Below are positions 41,784 to 51,165 of a DNA stretch of 64,000 nucleotides, piece by piece. The DNA comes from an uncultured Candidatus Peribacteria bacterium (GTDB taxonomy: Bacteria; Patescibacteriota; Gracilibacteria; Peribacterales; Peribacteraceae). A program made the position numbers and the translations under genes. Location of the stretch: the NCBI GenBank assembly GCA_964608325.1, contig CAZSMX010000003.1, positions 12,371 to 76,370 of the forward strand, written 5' to 3'. The notes under the pieces were generated by a model. It was given only the letters and a program-made list of their open reading frames with translations. It did not search any database and was not told the DNA's origin. Position 1 is the stretch's first letter; each line of letters opens with the position of its first letter.

Positions 41784-42626
41784 CTAGGAAAGATTCTCGC
41801 GGAAATACCGTTCCAACGTATGCGTCGGTCGGAACGCGATGAGCCGCTCCAGGCGCGAGGTGTCGATGTGCCCGATGTTGCCCGACGGCATCGCCTCCCC
41901 GTATCTGGCGGCGATCGGTTTGCCTGTCATCCGTTCGCATATCGCGATGATTTCCCTGATGGAATAATTCTCCGGCCCCGCGACATTCACGATGCCGCGC
42001 GCATCCGCGACGATAAGATCGTGGATCATCCTCGCGGCGTCTTCCGTATGCAGGAACGTTCGGCGGAGTTCCCCGTTGTTGTCTGCGATCACGATTTCCT
42101 TTCCGTTTTTCACGCAGTCGAGGATGAACCAAGGCAATCCCTTTGACTGTCCCGGTCCGTACAGGTTGCACAGGCGCAGGATGAGGGCCCTGTCTTTTGG
42201 AAGCCGGGTTCCGATGCGCGACTCGGCATCGGCCTTCGCCGAGGCATACTGCGTTTCGGGATGCAGCGGGGATGTTTCCTCCGCCTTCTCGGTCGTGCCG
42301 TACACTAGGGACGTCGATATGTGCACGAGCGTCTGGGCGCCGCCTTCGATCGTTTCCAGGAGATGGTCCATGCCCTTCGTGTTCAGGTCCAGGCACGCGT
42401 CCATGGGATCCGTCACCTGTCCCGTGAGATTCACGATTACGTCGAACTCCTTCAGCTTCGCCAGGTCTTCCTTTTTCAAAAGATCCATCTGCAGATACGG
42501 TCGTTCACCCCGATCCCGGGTGCCCGAAACCGTCACGCGGAAGTCCGAGGGGCTTTCGTCAAAGACCCGTTTCAGCGCCTGTCCCAATAATCCCGTTCCG
42601 CCGAGGAGCAAAACGGACTTATTCAT
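41784..42626 (-). CDS. SDR-family sugar nucleotide reductase/epimerase (RmlD/FnlB-like)
   Basis: Trimmed to the ATG at 42626 (MNKSVLLLGGTGLLG). It overlaps the neuC-like stop by 8 nt. YASAKADAE (YxxxK). Confidence 0.7.
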   Translation of the reverse strand: MNKSVLLLGGTGLLGQALKRVFDESPSDFRVTVSGTRDRGERPYLQMDLLKKEDLAKLKEFDVIVNLTGQVTDPMDACLDLNTKGMDHLLETIEGGAQTLVHISTSLVYGTTEKAEETSPLHPETQYASAKADAESRIGTRLPKDRALILRLCNLYGPGQSKGLPWFILDCVKNGKEIVIADNNGELRRTFLHTEDAARMIHDLIVADARGIVNVAGPENYSIREIIAICERMTGKPIAARYGEAMPSGNIGHIDTSRLERLIAFRPTHTLERYFRENLS

Positions 42627-43755
42627 AGAAGCGCTTCTGGACGAGTCCATCGAGCGGCAGTTCCTTCAGGAGCTTGTAGATCTTGGGGGCGGTGGTGCCG
42701 TCGCCGTAGATGTTCGGGATCGCCTTGATGCTGTCGCGGAATGATGTGTCGAACAGCGCCTTGCGCAGCGCCTTCTCGATTTCCGCGCTGTCATACGGCG
42801 CGTCGATGACGCTCACAGGTCGCTCGCGTCCCTGCTGGCGCGTGCCGATGTTCACGGTGGGCACGTGGAACGTGGCTGCCTCGTGGATGCCCGAGCTGGA
42901 GTTGCCGACGATGGCCCAGATGTGGCGGTAAAGGTTCGCGAAGGTCTCCACGTCGAGGCTTGGGTACCAGGTGAGGCCCGAGTCCGTCACCGTCTTCACG
43001 ATGCTGCTGAAGCCGGCGTCGTTGTTCGGAAGGAGAGCGATCGTCTGCACTTCCACCGCCTTGAGCGCCTTGAGAGTTTCGGTGATCTGGCGCAGCGAGT
43101 CGGTGTTCTCCGTCGTGACCGGGTGCTGGATGAGGATGACGGTTGGCTGGGAGAAATCCACCCCGAAGCGCTTCTCCAGCTCCTCTTTCGGGACGACGGG
43201 CGCGTTCACGAGCACGTCCAGCGAGGGGCAGCCGACGACGTGGATGTCCTTCGGGTTCTCGCCCATGGCAATGAGGCGGCGCTTCGCGTCCTCGGTGGCG
43301 GGGAAGTGGATGTGCGCGAATTTGCTCATGGCGTGGCGCAGGCTCTCGTCGATGCTGCCAGTCACTTCGCCCCCTTGGATGTGGGCGACGGGGATGTTCA
43401 TGTGCGCGGCCGCGACTGTCGCCGCAAAGTTCGCGCCGATGTCGAAGCCCGTCAGGACAAGGTCCGGCTTCTCGCGTTCCAGGATATCCACAAGTCCGGC
43501 GAGGACGCGTCCAATGCCGCGGACCATCTCGCCCCCGTTGTCCGGCGCTCCCTCATGGAACATCTCGATCGTGCTATCCACGGTGAATCCGTCCGCCTCG
43601 ATCTTCTTCACGTCTTCCCCATGGCCAGGCAAGAGGTTGATGCCCGTCACGACGAGGTGGAGCTGGAAGAAGGGGTCCGCCTTGATCAATTGCAGGACGG
43701 GGCGGTAGCGGCTGTAGTCGGCGCGCCGTTCGATGACGACGAGTATTTTGCGCAT
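42619..43755 (-). CDS. neuC: UDP-N-acetylglucosamine 2-epimerase, hydrolysing (NeuC family)
   Basis: HIQGGEVTGSIDESLRHAMSKFAHIHFPAT matches the NeuC-type HxHGGE..G..DE.IRHAI.K..H.HF block. Confidence 0.8.
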   Translation of the reverse strand: MRKILVVIERRADYSRYRPVLQLIKADPFFQLHLVVTGINLLPGHGEDVKKIEADGFTVDSTIEMFHEGAPDNGGEMVRGIGRVLAGLVDILEREKPDLVLTGFDIGANFAATVAAAHMNIPVAHIQGGEVTGSIDESLRHAMSKFAHIHFPATEDAKRRLIAMGENPKDIHVVGCPSLDVLVNAPVVPKEELEKRFGVDFSQPTVILIQHPVTTENTDSLRQITETLKALKAVEVQTIALLPNNDAGFSSIVKTVTDSGLTWYPSLDVETFANLYRHIWAIVGNSSSGIHEAATFHVPTVNIGTRQQGRERPVSVIDAPYDSAEIEKALRKALFDTSFRDSIKAIPNIYGDGTTAPKIYKLLKELPLDGLVQKRFYE

Positions 43756-43771
43756 GGGAGAGGAGGGGGAA

Positions 43772-44827
43772 TCAGCGGGAAGCGACGTCGGCCCAACGGA
43801 CCTGGGTGTCGGCGGGAAGGTCCTTGCTGGCTTTCTTGCCGAGCAATCCCTTGTAGTCCTTGGCCTTGATCTCGCCGGAGCCGGGGCGCTTCACCCAGAG
43901 GTTCTTGTCGCTGAACTTCTCGCCTTTCTTCACGGGCTTGATGGTGACGACGCAGGCGTAGGCGAAGTTGATGACGTCCTTTTCTTCCTTGAGGATGTTC
44001 TTCTTCCCGCCCATCGCCTCATGAACGGCCTTGGTCCCATCGATGAGCTCCTTCAGTTCGGCGGGGTCGATGGAAATGGCGATGTCCGGACCGGGCCAGT
44101 TTTTATCCGACGTGAAGTGCTTTTCGATGATGGCCGCATCCAGGGCGATCGCCGCGAAGGACGTCCAGTTGCCCAGCGAGTGGTCGCTGGAACCGACGAC
44201 GGTATTCGGGAATTTCTTCTTGAGATCGTTGATGGCGCCCAGGCGCACCTTGTCGTAGGGGGTGGGGTACATGGACGTGCAGTGGAGGAGCGCCACCGGC
44301 GTCTTGTGCTTGCGGAAGATCTTGACCGCCTCGGCGATGGAATCGAGGTTGTTCATGCCCGTGCTGAGGACCACAGGCTTGCCGTACTTGGCGATATGCT
44401 CGATGAGCGGGTAGTTGTTGCACTCCCCGGACCCGATCTTGATGGCCGAGACCTTCATGCGCATGAGTCGGTCCGCCGCGGCGCGGGAGAACGGCGTGCA
44501 GAGGTAGATCATCCCCTTGGATTCGACGTATTTCTTCAACTCCTTTTCCTGCTCTTCCGAGAATGCGCAGCGCTTCATGATATCCCAAATGCTCTCGGTC
44601 GTGTGGCCGGGTACCACTTTCTTGGCCACGGGCGCCATCTCGTCCTCCACCACGTGGGACTGGAACTTCACGCACTCGGCGCCCGCCTTGGCTGCGTCAT
44701 CCACCATCTTCTTTGCCTTCTTCATGTCGCCTTCATGGTTGATGCCGATTTCAACGATGACGAAGGGCTGGAAATCCGGTCCGATCTTACGGCCGGCGAT
44801 AGTGATGAAGGGGTTCTTCTTGGGCAT
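43772..44827 (-). CDS. neuB: N-acetylneuraminate (nonulosonate) synthase, NeuB family with C-terminal SAF domain
   Basis: Trimmed to the ATG at 44827 (MPKKNPFITIAGRKIG). VEIGINHEGD, KFQSH, IKIGSGE, LSTGM, LHCTSMYPTP and SDHS. Confidence 0.9.
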   Translation of the reverse strand: MPKKNPFITIAGRKIGPDFQPFVIVEIGINHEGDMKKAKKMVDDAAKAGAECVKFQSHVVEDEMAPVAKKVVPGHTTESIWDIMKRCAFSEEQEKELKKYVESKGMIYLCTPFSRAAADRLMRMKVSAIKIGSGECNNYPLIEHIAKYGKPVVLSTGMNNLDSIAEAVKIFRKHKTPVALLHCTSMYPTPYDKVRLGAINDLKKKFPNTVVGSSDHSLGNWTSFAAIALDAAIIEKHFTSDKNWPGPDIAISIDPAELKELIDGTKAVHEAMGGKKNILKEEKDVINFAYACVVTIKPVKKGEKFSDKNLWVKRPGSGEIKAKDYKGLLGKKASKDLPADTQVRWADVASR

Positions 44828-44912
44828 GGGAAAAGGGGAATGCTGGCAAAAGAGTATAGCATTCTCCCATATCTTCAATGCCGAAATCTGCTGGAAAAAG
44901 CCGAAAGCTTGC

Positions 44913-44918
44913 TACAAT
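44913..44918 (+). promoter_or_regulatory. -10 box TACAAT, 6 nt upstream of the neuA ATG
   Basis: GCTACAATGGCCCCATG. Confidence 0.45.
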
Positions 44919-44924
44919 GGCCCC

Positions 44925-45602
44925 ATGTCCGAAAAGCCCACCGTCCTCGGCCTCATCCTCGCCCGCGGCGGCTCCAAGCGTCTGCCGCGCAAGAACGTCC
45001 TGCCGCTCGCCGGCAAGCCGCTCATTGCGTATTCCATCGAGGCGGCGAAGGAGTCGGGGGTGGTCGACCGCATCGTGGTATCGACCGACGATGCCGAGAT
45101 CGCCGATGTGTCCAAGCGCCATGGAGCCGAGGTACCGTTCCTGCGCCCCGCCGACCTCTCGGGCGATAGCGCGACAAGCGAGAGTGCCATCCGCCATGCC
45201 GTCGAATGGCTGAAGCAAGAGGAGGGATACGAGCCGGACTACCTGCTGCTCCTGCAGCCGACCATCCCGTTCCGCACGGGCGGGGACATCCGCGACGCCT
45301 TTGCGCTCCTGCAAGACAAGAAGGCCGACGCCGTCGTCAGCATGGAAGAGTTTACGCCCCATCCGTTCGGCATCACCGAGCTCGGCGACGGACGGGTCGA
45401 TATCGAGATAGAGAAACCCCAGCCGACGGAGCTGCATCTCAACGGTGCCATCTACTTGGTAAAGACGCCGGTGTTCATGGAAGAGAGAACCCTGTATCCC
45501 GCCGGTCGCACGTACGCGTACGTCATGCCCGAGGAGCGATCGCTGGATATCGATTACCTTGCGGATCTCAAACTGGCAGAGGCGATGATCGCCGTGCGCT
45601 GA
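44925..45602 (+). CDS. neuA: Acylneuraminate cytidylyltransferase (CMP-nonulosonate synthetase)
   Basis: Trimmed to the ATG at 44925. ILARGGSKRLPRKN, VVSTDD and LLQPTIPFR. Confidence 0.85.
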   Translation: MSEKPTVLGLILARGGSKRLPRKNVLPLAGKPLIAYSIEAAKESGVVDRIVVSTDDAEIADVSKRHGAEVPFLRPADLSGDSATSESAIRHAVEWLKQEEGYEPDYLLLLQPTIPFRTGGDIRDAFALLQDKKADAVVSMEEFTPHPFGITELGDGRVDIEIEKPQPTELHLNGAIYLVKTPVFMEERTLYPAGRTYAYVMPEERSLDIDYLADLKLAEAMIAVR

Positions 45603-47441
45603 TCATACGAATTTCTGGTCCTCCCAAAGCCGGTGGAAGCGCCCCTTCTGCTCCAGTAGTTCATGCAGCCTTCCTTTTTCCGCGACTTTTCCTTCGTCCA
45701 GGACGACGATCTTATTGGCGTGCTGGATCGTAGATAGGCGGTGGGCGATGACGATGGCCGTGCGGCCGCGAACAGCGTCGTCGATCGCTTCCTGGATCAG
45801 TTTCTCCGTCTGGGAATCAAGCGCGCTCGTCGCTTCGTCCAGGATGAGGATTTCGGCTCCCTTCAACAATGCGCGCGCGATGCTCACGCGCTGCTTCTCG
45901 CCGCCGGAGAGCTTCACGCCGCGGTCTCCCACGAGCGTGTCCAGCCCCTGCGGCAGCTTCGACACGAAGTCATCGAGGCGCGCTTGCGTCACCACTTCGA
46001 GCACCCTTTCATCGGTCACGCCGCTCAGTCCGTAGGCTATGTTATTGCGCAGCGTGTCATGAATGAGAAGCGTTTCCTGGCTGACGATGGCCGTATGTTC
46101 ATGGAGCGACGCAAGCGTCCAGTCGCGGATGTCCGTTCCGTCGATGAAGAGCGTTCCCGGCGGGCAATCGTAGAGGCGGGTGATGAGATGGATGAGGGTC
46201 GTCTTGCCCGATCCCGTGGCCCCCACGACGGCGACCATGTCACCCTTGGGGATAATGAGCGAGATGTCCTTCAGCACGCCCTCGCGACCGGGATAGCCGA
46301 AGGTGAGGTTTTTGAATTCGATCTTGTCCTTCAGCCCCGGGAACGCCTTGGTACCGTCCGGCACGAAGGCCTTGTCGCCGTCATCGAAGATCTTCAGGAG
46401 TTCGTCCGCCGGTCCTTCCGCGTTCGCCAGCACCCCGCGGAATCCGGTGAGGATGCCGAACTTCGTGGAGGCGTTCAGCACGACGTAGAAGTACACGATG
46501 AACGACGTGGGGTCTGCGTTCTCGCCCTGCTGTATGAGGATGTACAGCATGCCTGCGAACAAGATGATGCTGCAGACCAGGGTGATCGTTTCCTGCATCG
46601 GCAGGATGAGCTCTTTCAGCTGCACCGAGCGGAAGTTCAGTCTGGCTTGCATGTCGCTCACGTCGGCATAGCGTTTCTGCTCGCGGCTTTCCGAGCTATA
46701 GGACTTGACCAGCGGCATCGTCGAAAGGATCTCGATCGCGATCTTCCCCATGTCCCCACTGCGTCCCGCCATGGATTGTGAGATGTTGCGGATCTCCTTG
46801 ATCGCCTTGCGGACGATGAAGAAGAGGAAGCCGAAGAGAGGGAAGGCGAACACCGTCAGCTGCCAGGAGATCTGGGACATGACGAACAGGTACACGAGCA
46901 GTGAGAAGATGGAGTTCACGAATGTGTTGATGGTGTGCAGCGGCATGAGGACATGCTCCGTGAACTGGGAGAGAACCGTGGCATTGTGCCCCACGCTCGT
47001 CCGGTCGAAGTACAGTTTGCCGAAGCTGAGGAAGCGGCCGAACACGACCTTGCGCAGGTGATGCAGCGCGCGGGAGGTGAAGTATCCCATGCTTACGCCC
47101 GAGGCGTATTTCAGCGCGTTCTTGAGAAGCACGCTGATAAGGAAGAATCCCATGAGCGTTGCGAAGAGCGTGCGGTCCGCGCCCGTGAAGGATGCGGGGA
47201 GCAGCGAGAGTCCCCATTGGAGACCCGGAACCTGCGTGATGAAGCTGTAATCCTGTTGGAGGAATCCGTTCAGGATGGGAACGAGCAGTCCGAGGCTGAC
47301 GCCTTCGAACGCCGCCGCCGCGAGGGACAGGGCGACCGGGATGCCCAGGTAAGCCGGGTGGATGTTGATGCCCTCCAGGAGACGGAAGATTTTTCCCAGA
47401 GTGGATCCCCGTGGTGCTGATGCGTCTTTCACGAGGGGCAT
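45603..47441 (-). CDS. ABC exporter, fused permease/ATPase (MsbA/PglK-like)
   Basis: Six-TM N-terminal half. Walker A GATGSGKTT, signature LSGGEKQR, Walker B ILILDEATSALD. Confidence 0.9.
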   Translation of the reverse strand: MPLVKDASAPRGSTLGKIFRLLEGINIHPAYLGIPVALSLAAAAFEGVSLGLLVPILNGFLQQDYSFITQVPGLQWGLSLLPASFTGADRTLFATLMGFFLISVLLKNALKYASGVSMGYFTSRALHHLRKVVFGRFLSFGKLYFDRTSVGHNATVLSQFTEHVLMPLHTINTFVNSIFSLLVYLFVMSQISWQLTVFAFPLFGFLFFIVRKAIKEIRNISQSMAGRSGDMGKIAIEILSTMPLVKSYSSESREQKRYADVSDMQARLNFRSVQLKELILPMQETITLVCSIILFAGMLYILIQQGENADPTSFIVYFYVVLNASTKFGILTGFRGVLANAEGPADELLKIFDDGDKAFVPDGTKAFPGLKDKIEFKNLTFGYPGREGVLKDISLIIPKGDMVAVVGATGSGKTTLIHLITRLYDCPPGTLFIDGTDIRDWTLASLHEHTAIVSQETLLIHDTLRNNIAYGLSGVTDERVLEVVTQARLDDFVSKLPQGLDTLVGDRGVKLSGGEKQRVSIARALLKGAEILILDEATSALDSQTEKLIQEAIDDAVRGRTAIVIAHRLSTIQHANKIVVLDEGKVAEKGRLHELLEQKGRFHRLWEDQKFV

Positions 47442-47484
47442 ACTAGAGGATTGTGGGGCAAAACCGAAGCCATTGCCGCCTTGT

Positions 47485-49299
47485 TTATGCGTCGTATACG
47501 GTGTCGAACCAGTGTTTCAGCTGAATTAGGGTGGAAAGGGTGTGCATGCTGTATCGGGACCGGTCGGCGTGTTTTTCGTATACGGAACGCACTTCCTCCA
47601 TATTGAACAGCTCTTTCATGCGGGCGTGCTCCAACATGCCGTCGACAAGGGGGCGGGCCTCGCGGCGCAGCCACTTGGCGACCGGGGGGAAGAACGACGA
47701 CTTTGAGAGCGTGAAGAGGTGGTCAGGAAGAAGCGGGCGGTAGGTGTCTTTCAGGAGGGCCTTCGTCCGGCTCCGGGTGGTGTGCCAGTGTGACGGGGTG
47801 GCGTGCGATGCCGCGATGATGCGTTCGTCTACGAATGGGACGCGGCACTCAAGCCCGCTTTGCATGGTCACGGCGTCCGACAAGCGTAACGCCTCGTCGA
47901 CGAGCCACAGATGCCGGTCGAATTCCATGAAAGCGCGGACGGCATCGAGCTCGGCGAGGGAACCAAACCGTTGCATGAAGAGCGACGTCGTCGCGGAAGC
48001 GTCGAACCAGTCGCCGCGCGCGATTGCCGCGCCTTCTTCCGGCGCGCGTGCGAGCAATCGCTCGGCTAGCGCGGGGCCCGGCTGCATCCGCAGCACGTCG
48101 GTCGGCTGCCCCATTGCCTTTCCAGCCAATGCCCGTAGCGACGGGGGGACGATAGAAAGCAATTGCAGGATGCGCGCGATGCGGTAGCGCGGGTACCCTC
48201 CGAAGAGTTCGTCTCCTCCCACTCCCGAAAGCACCACGTCCACGTGCTTCTTCGCTTCCGCGGCAAGAAGGGATTGCGCCACGGCGACGCCGTTGGCGTT
48301 GGGCTGGTCCAGTGCCCGGGCGGTTTCATGGTAGTGGTCCTTGAACCGTTCCGCCGTGAGGAGGATTTCATGATGCTCCGTGCCGTAGTGCGCGGCAGTC
48401 ATCTTCGCCAGATCGGCATCCGTATTGAAACGCCGCTCCCCCTCGTCCTCGGTTGCATCGAAACGCACCGTAAACGTCTTGATGGGTTTCTCCGCATGCC
48501 GCGACATGTGGTGCAGGATGATCGACGAATCCATGCCGCCGCTGAGGAACACGCCCACGGGCTTGTCCGAGACGAGGTGCTGGCGCACGATGTCGTCCAT
48601 CCGGTCGGGGAAACGCTTCTTGAAATCGTCCTTCGACGCGTATGTTGTTTTTTCGTCCGATGAGAAGGTCCGGCGTTCTTCCTTTCCCTCCTTCCAGGTG
48701 AGGACTGTTCCGGGCGGCAGCTGCCAGATGCCCTCGCACAGCGTTTCGGGTCCGGGGACGTATTGGAGGCGGAGGTACCGTGAGAGCGATGTCATGTTGA
48801 TCGCGGGCTTCGTCGGCATCGCCTTCATCAACGCCCGCATTTCGGATGCGAAGGCGAGCTTGCCGCCGGGATACGCGATGAACAGCGGCTTGATGCCCTT
48901 GCCGTCACGGGCCAGGTGCCAGCTGTTCGTTCTCGTGTCGTAGATACCGAAGGCGAACATGCCCCTTAGGAGGCGGACGAATCCCATGCCGTATTTTTCG
49001 TACAGGCGGAGGATCACTTCGGTATCCGTCCCCGTATTGCATGCCAGTCCTTCCCGGTCGCGCAGTTCCCGGAAGTTAAAAATCTCCCCGTTGTAGACGA
49101 TGGCGACGGTTCGGTTATCATTCCACATCGGCTGGTCGCCCTCCGGCCGCGGGTCCAGGATCGCCAGGCGACAGTGTCCGAGCGATGCGCCGTTGCCCAC
49201 ATGCACGGCGTTCCCGTCCGGTCCCCGGTGCTCCAAAGCGGCGGTCATCCGCAGGATGCCGTCACGGTCTTCGCCTGCGATACCCGCTATTCCGCACAT
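47485..49299 (-). CDS. asnB: Asparagine synthase (glutamine-hydrolysing) family amidotransferase
   Basis: MCGIAG (Ntn Cys2) and PP-loop FLSGGMDSS. 604 aa. TATACT lies 10 nt upstream. Confidence 0.9.
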   Translation of the reverse strand: MCGIAGIAGEDRDGILRMTAALEHRGPDGNAVHVGNGASLGHCRLAILDPRPEGDQPMWNDNRTVAIVYNGEIFNFRELRDREGLACNTGTDTEVILRLYEKYGMGFVRLLRGMFAFGIYDTRTNSWHLARDGKGIKPLFIAYPGGKLAFASEMRALMKAMPTKPAINMTSLSRYLRLQYVPGPETLCEGIWQLPPGTVLTWKEGKEERRTFSSDEKTTYASKDDFKKRFPDRMDDIVRQHLVSDKPVGVFLSGGMDSSIILHHMSRHAEKPIKTFTVRFDATEDEGERRFNTDADLAKMTAAHYGTEHHEILLTAERFKDHYHETARALDQPNANGVAVAQSLLAAEAKKHVDVVLSGVGGDELFGGYPRYRIARILQLLSIVPPSLRALAGKAMGQPTDVLRMQPGPALAERLLARAPEEGAAIARGDWFDASATTSLFMQRFGSLAELDAVRAFMEFDRHLWLVDEALRLSDAVTMQSGLECRVPFVDERIIAASHATPSHWHTTRSRTKALLKDTYRPLLPDHLFTLSKSSFFPPVAKWLRREARPLVDGMLEHARMKELFNMEEVRSVYEKHADRSRYSMHTLSTLIQLKHWFDTVYDA

Positions 49300-49309
49300 G
49301 GTCGAAGGG

Positions 49310-49315
49310 AGTATA
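49310..49315 (-). promoter_or_regulatory. -10 box TATACT, 10 nt upstream of the asnB ATG
   Basis: Minus strand reads CCTGTATACTCCCTTCGACCATG. Confidence 0.45.
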
Positions 49316-49326
49316 CAGGCATTTCG

Positions 49327-50010
49327 TCAGCTCTTTGTCCATTTCAGCCTCCACATCGTTGCAATCGCTTTCCACGCATCCTTCCTATTGATTTTCTTTC
49401 CTTGTTCGATGGTCCTGGGGTGGTAATTGATGGGTATTTCGCGGATGACGACGCCTTGTTTCAGGCATTTCGCGCAAATCTCCGCCTCCATCTCGAAGCC
49501 CCTCGACGTGAGGTTGAGCGAACGGAACGTATTCGTCGGGAGCATCTTGTAGCATGTGTAGCTGTCGGTCACTCGTGAGCCGAAGAGTAGATTTAACCAC
49601 GCGGTTACGACTTTGTTTCCAAGGAGAAAGCGCCTGTAAATGTTTGGGTTCGGCTGGAGGAATCGCGAACCGAAAATGGCGCACTCGGGGTGCTGTAGCG
49701 CTTCGCTATGAAGGGTATGAATTTGCACGGGTTCGTATTCCAGGTCCGCGTCTTGGATGACCGTGAAGGGTGCTGTCGCATGTTCAAGGCCGAGACGGAT
49801 GGCAGAGCCCTTTCCGCCGTTCTCTTTCGTAAGCACCAGGTCTTGGGGGCGGGCATGCGCGCGGAGGATTTCTTCCGACCGGTCGCGCGAGCCGTCGTTC
49901 ACGTAGATGATCTGCGCATCCGCATGCGTTTTGTTTAGCATCTCCATCACGGACGCAATAGTCCGCTCTTCGTTGTACACGGGCACGATGATGGTCAGCG
50001 GGGCGGTCAC
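49327..50010 (-). CDS. GT2 glycosyltransferase, polyprenyl-phosphate sugar synthase-like
   Basis: GTG start overlapping the upstream stop (GTGA). IIVPVYNEERTI, YVNDGSRDRS and IQDADLEYEP. Confidence 0.8.
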   Translation of the reverse strand: MTAPLTIIVPVYNEERTIASVMEMLNKTHADAQIIYVNDGSRDRSEEILRAHARPQDLVLTKENGGKGSAIRLGLEHATAPFTVIQDADLEYEPVQIHTLHSEALQHPECAIFGSRFLQPNPNIYRRFLLGNKVVTAWLNLLFGSRVTDSYTCYKMLPTNTFRSLNLTSRGFEMEAEICAKCLKQGVVIREIPINYHPRTIEQGKKINRKDAWKAIATMWRLKWTKS

Positions 50011-51158
50011 GGGGCGGGTGTGAATGGATGGATGACGGATGCGAGGCTGAGCGCCGCCGCGAGTCCGATGAGGAGCGCGATGGTAGCAAGGAAGCGCCCG
50101 ACGCGTGAATCATGTTTCGCGGCGAGCAGGATGACAAGCGGATAGACGGGCGTGATGACACGTCCGATGCTGGTGATGGATCCTACGATGTGGTCGGGCA
50201 TCGAGCACATCAGTGACAGGAAGAGGAACGAGGCGACGGCAAGGAACGACCTGTCTTTCCCCTTTGCCAGGAGCCATCCTGTCCATGCGAGTGCCGGGAA
50301 GACGAACAGGATGAACAGGGGGATCGACGTGAGCGTCTTGTAGTCATATCCGTAGCCTCCCGTGAGCAGTTCATACACAGCTTGGAAGGGGAAGGTGCTC
50401 TTGCCCGTACTCATGAAGAACGGCATCTCGCCGAAGATGGCGTAGATCCATCCGTGCAGGAGCAGGAAGGCGGCAAGTGGCACGAACATCAGCCCGGCGT
50501 CTTTCCACTGCTTCCTGCAGAGGAAGAAGCACCCCAGGATCGCGCCGAAAATGATGTTCACCTCCCGGGTCAGCGCCGCCAGTGACAGGAGGAGGACGTC
50601 GAGGGGCGCGAGCGTTCCCGATCGCCTGAACCGGCTCAAGAACAGGGTGAGCAGGGCCAGGGTGAGCGGTTCGGCGATATTGAAATGGAGGCCGACCATT
50701 GCCGCGGGGCAGAGCGCCATCGCGTAGGCGTAGAGCGGTCGGGTCGGAAAGGCGCGGAGGACGATCCAAAAAGAAAGCAGCAGTGACGCAAGATTGATCA
50801 GGAGAAACGCGTACGGCAGGAGATCCGTCTGTCCCAGGGACAGGGCGAATGCCGCAAGCGGCAGCAGGAAGCGCTGGTACCCGTAGGATGTCGGCGAGAC
50901 GGACCGGAGGCGGTCCCATCGCGCGGGGCGGAGCATGTCGGGGATGTTGCGCGAAACGAGGTAGTACTGCGCGCCGTCGTAGGCGGGTACATCCAGCACG
51001 ACGAATCCGCCGGGCATCACGTGTTTCTCGCTCAGGACGGTATCCATGTGGAACAGTGCGCTCGGGTTCCATCCGTACGGACGCAACAGAAGAAACATTG
51101 CTGCCGCCAGCAACGAGCCGAGGATCGCGGCGTGCCGGTTGCGACGCAGTAGTTCCAT
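50007..51158 (-). CDS. Polytopic membrane protein, putative GT-C-like transferase or polymerase
   Basis: 383 aa with about 10 hydrophobic spans. Translationally coupled to the downstream GT2. No motif I can name. Confidence 0.5.
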   Translation of the reverse strand: MELLRRNRHAAILGSLLAAAMFLLLRPYGWNPSALFHMDTVLSEKHVMPGGFVVLDVPAYDGAQYYLVSRNIPDMLRPARWDRLRSVSPTSYGYQRFLLPLAAFALSLGQTDLLPYAFLLINLASLLLSFWIVLRAFPTRPLYAYAMALCPAAMVGLHFNIAEPLTLALLTLFLSRFRRSGTLAPLDVLLLSLAALTREVNIIFGAILGCFFLCRKQWKDAGLMFVPLAAFLLLHGWIYAIFGEMPFFMSTGKSTFPFQAVYELLTGGYGYDYKTLTSIPLFILFVFPALAWTGWLLAKGKDRSFLAVASFLFLSLMCSMPDHIVGSITSIGRVITPVYPLVILLAAKHDSRVGRFLATIALLIGLAAALSLASVIHPFTPAP

Positions 51159-51165
51159 GTCCCGG

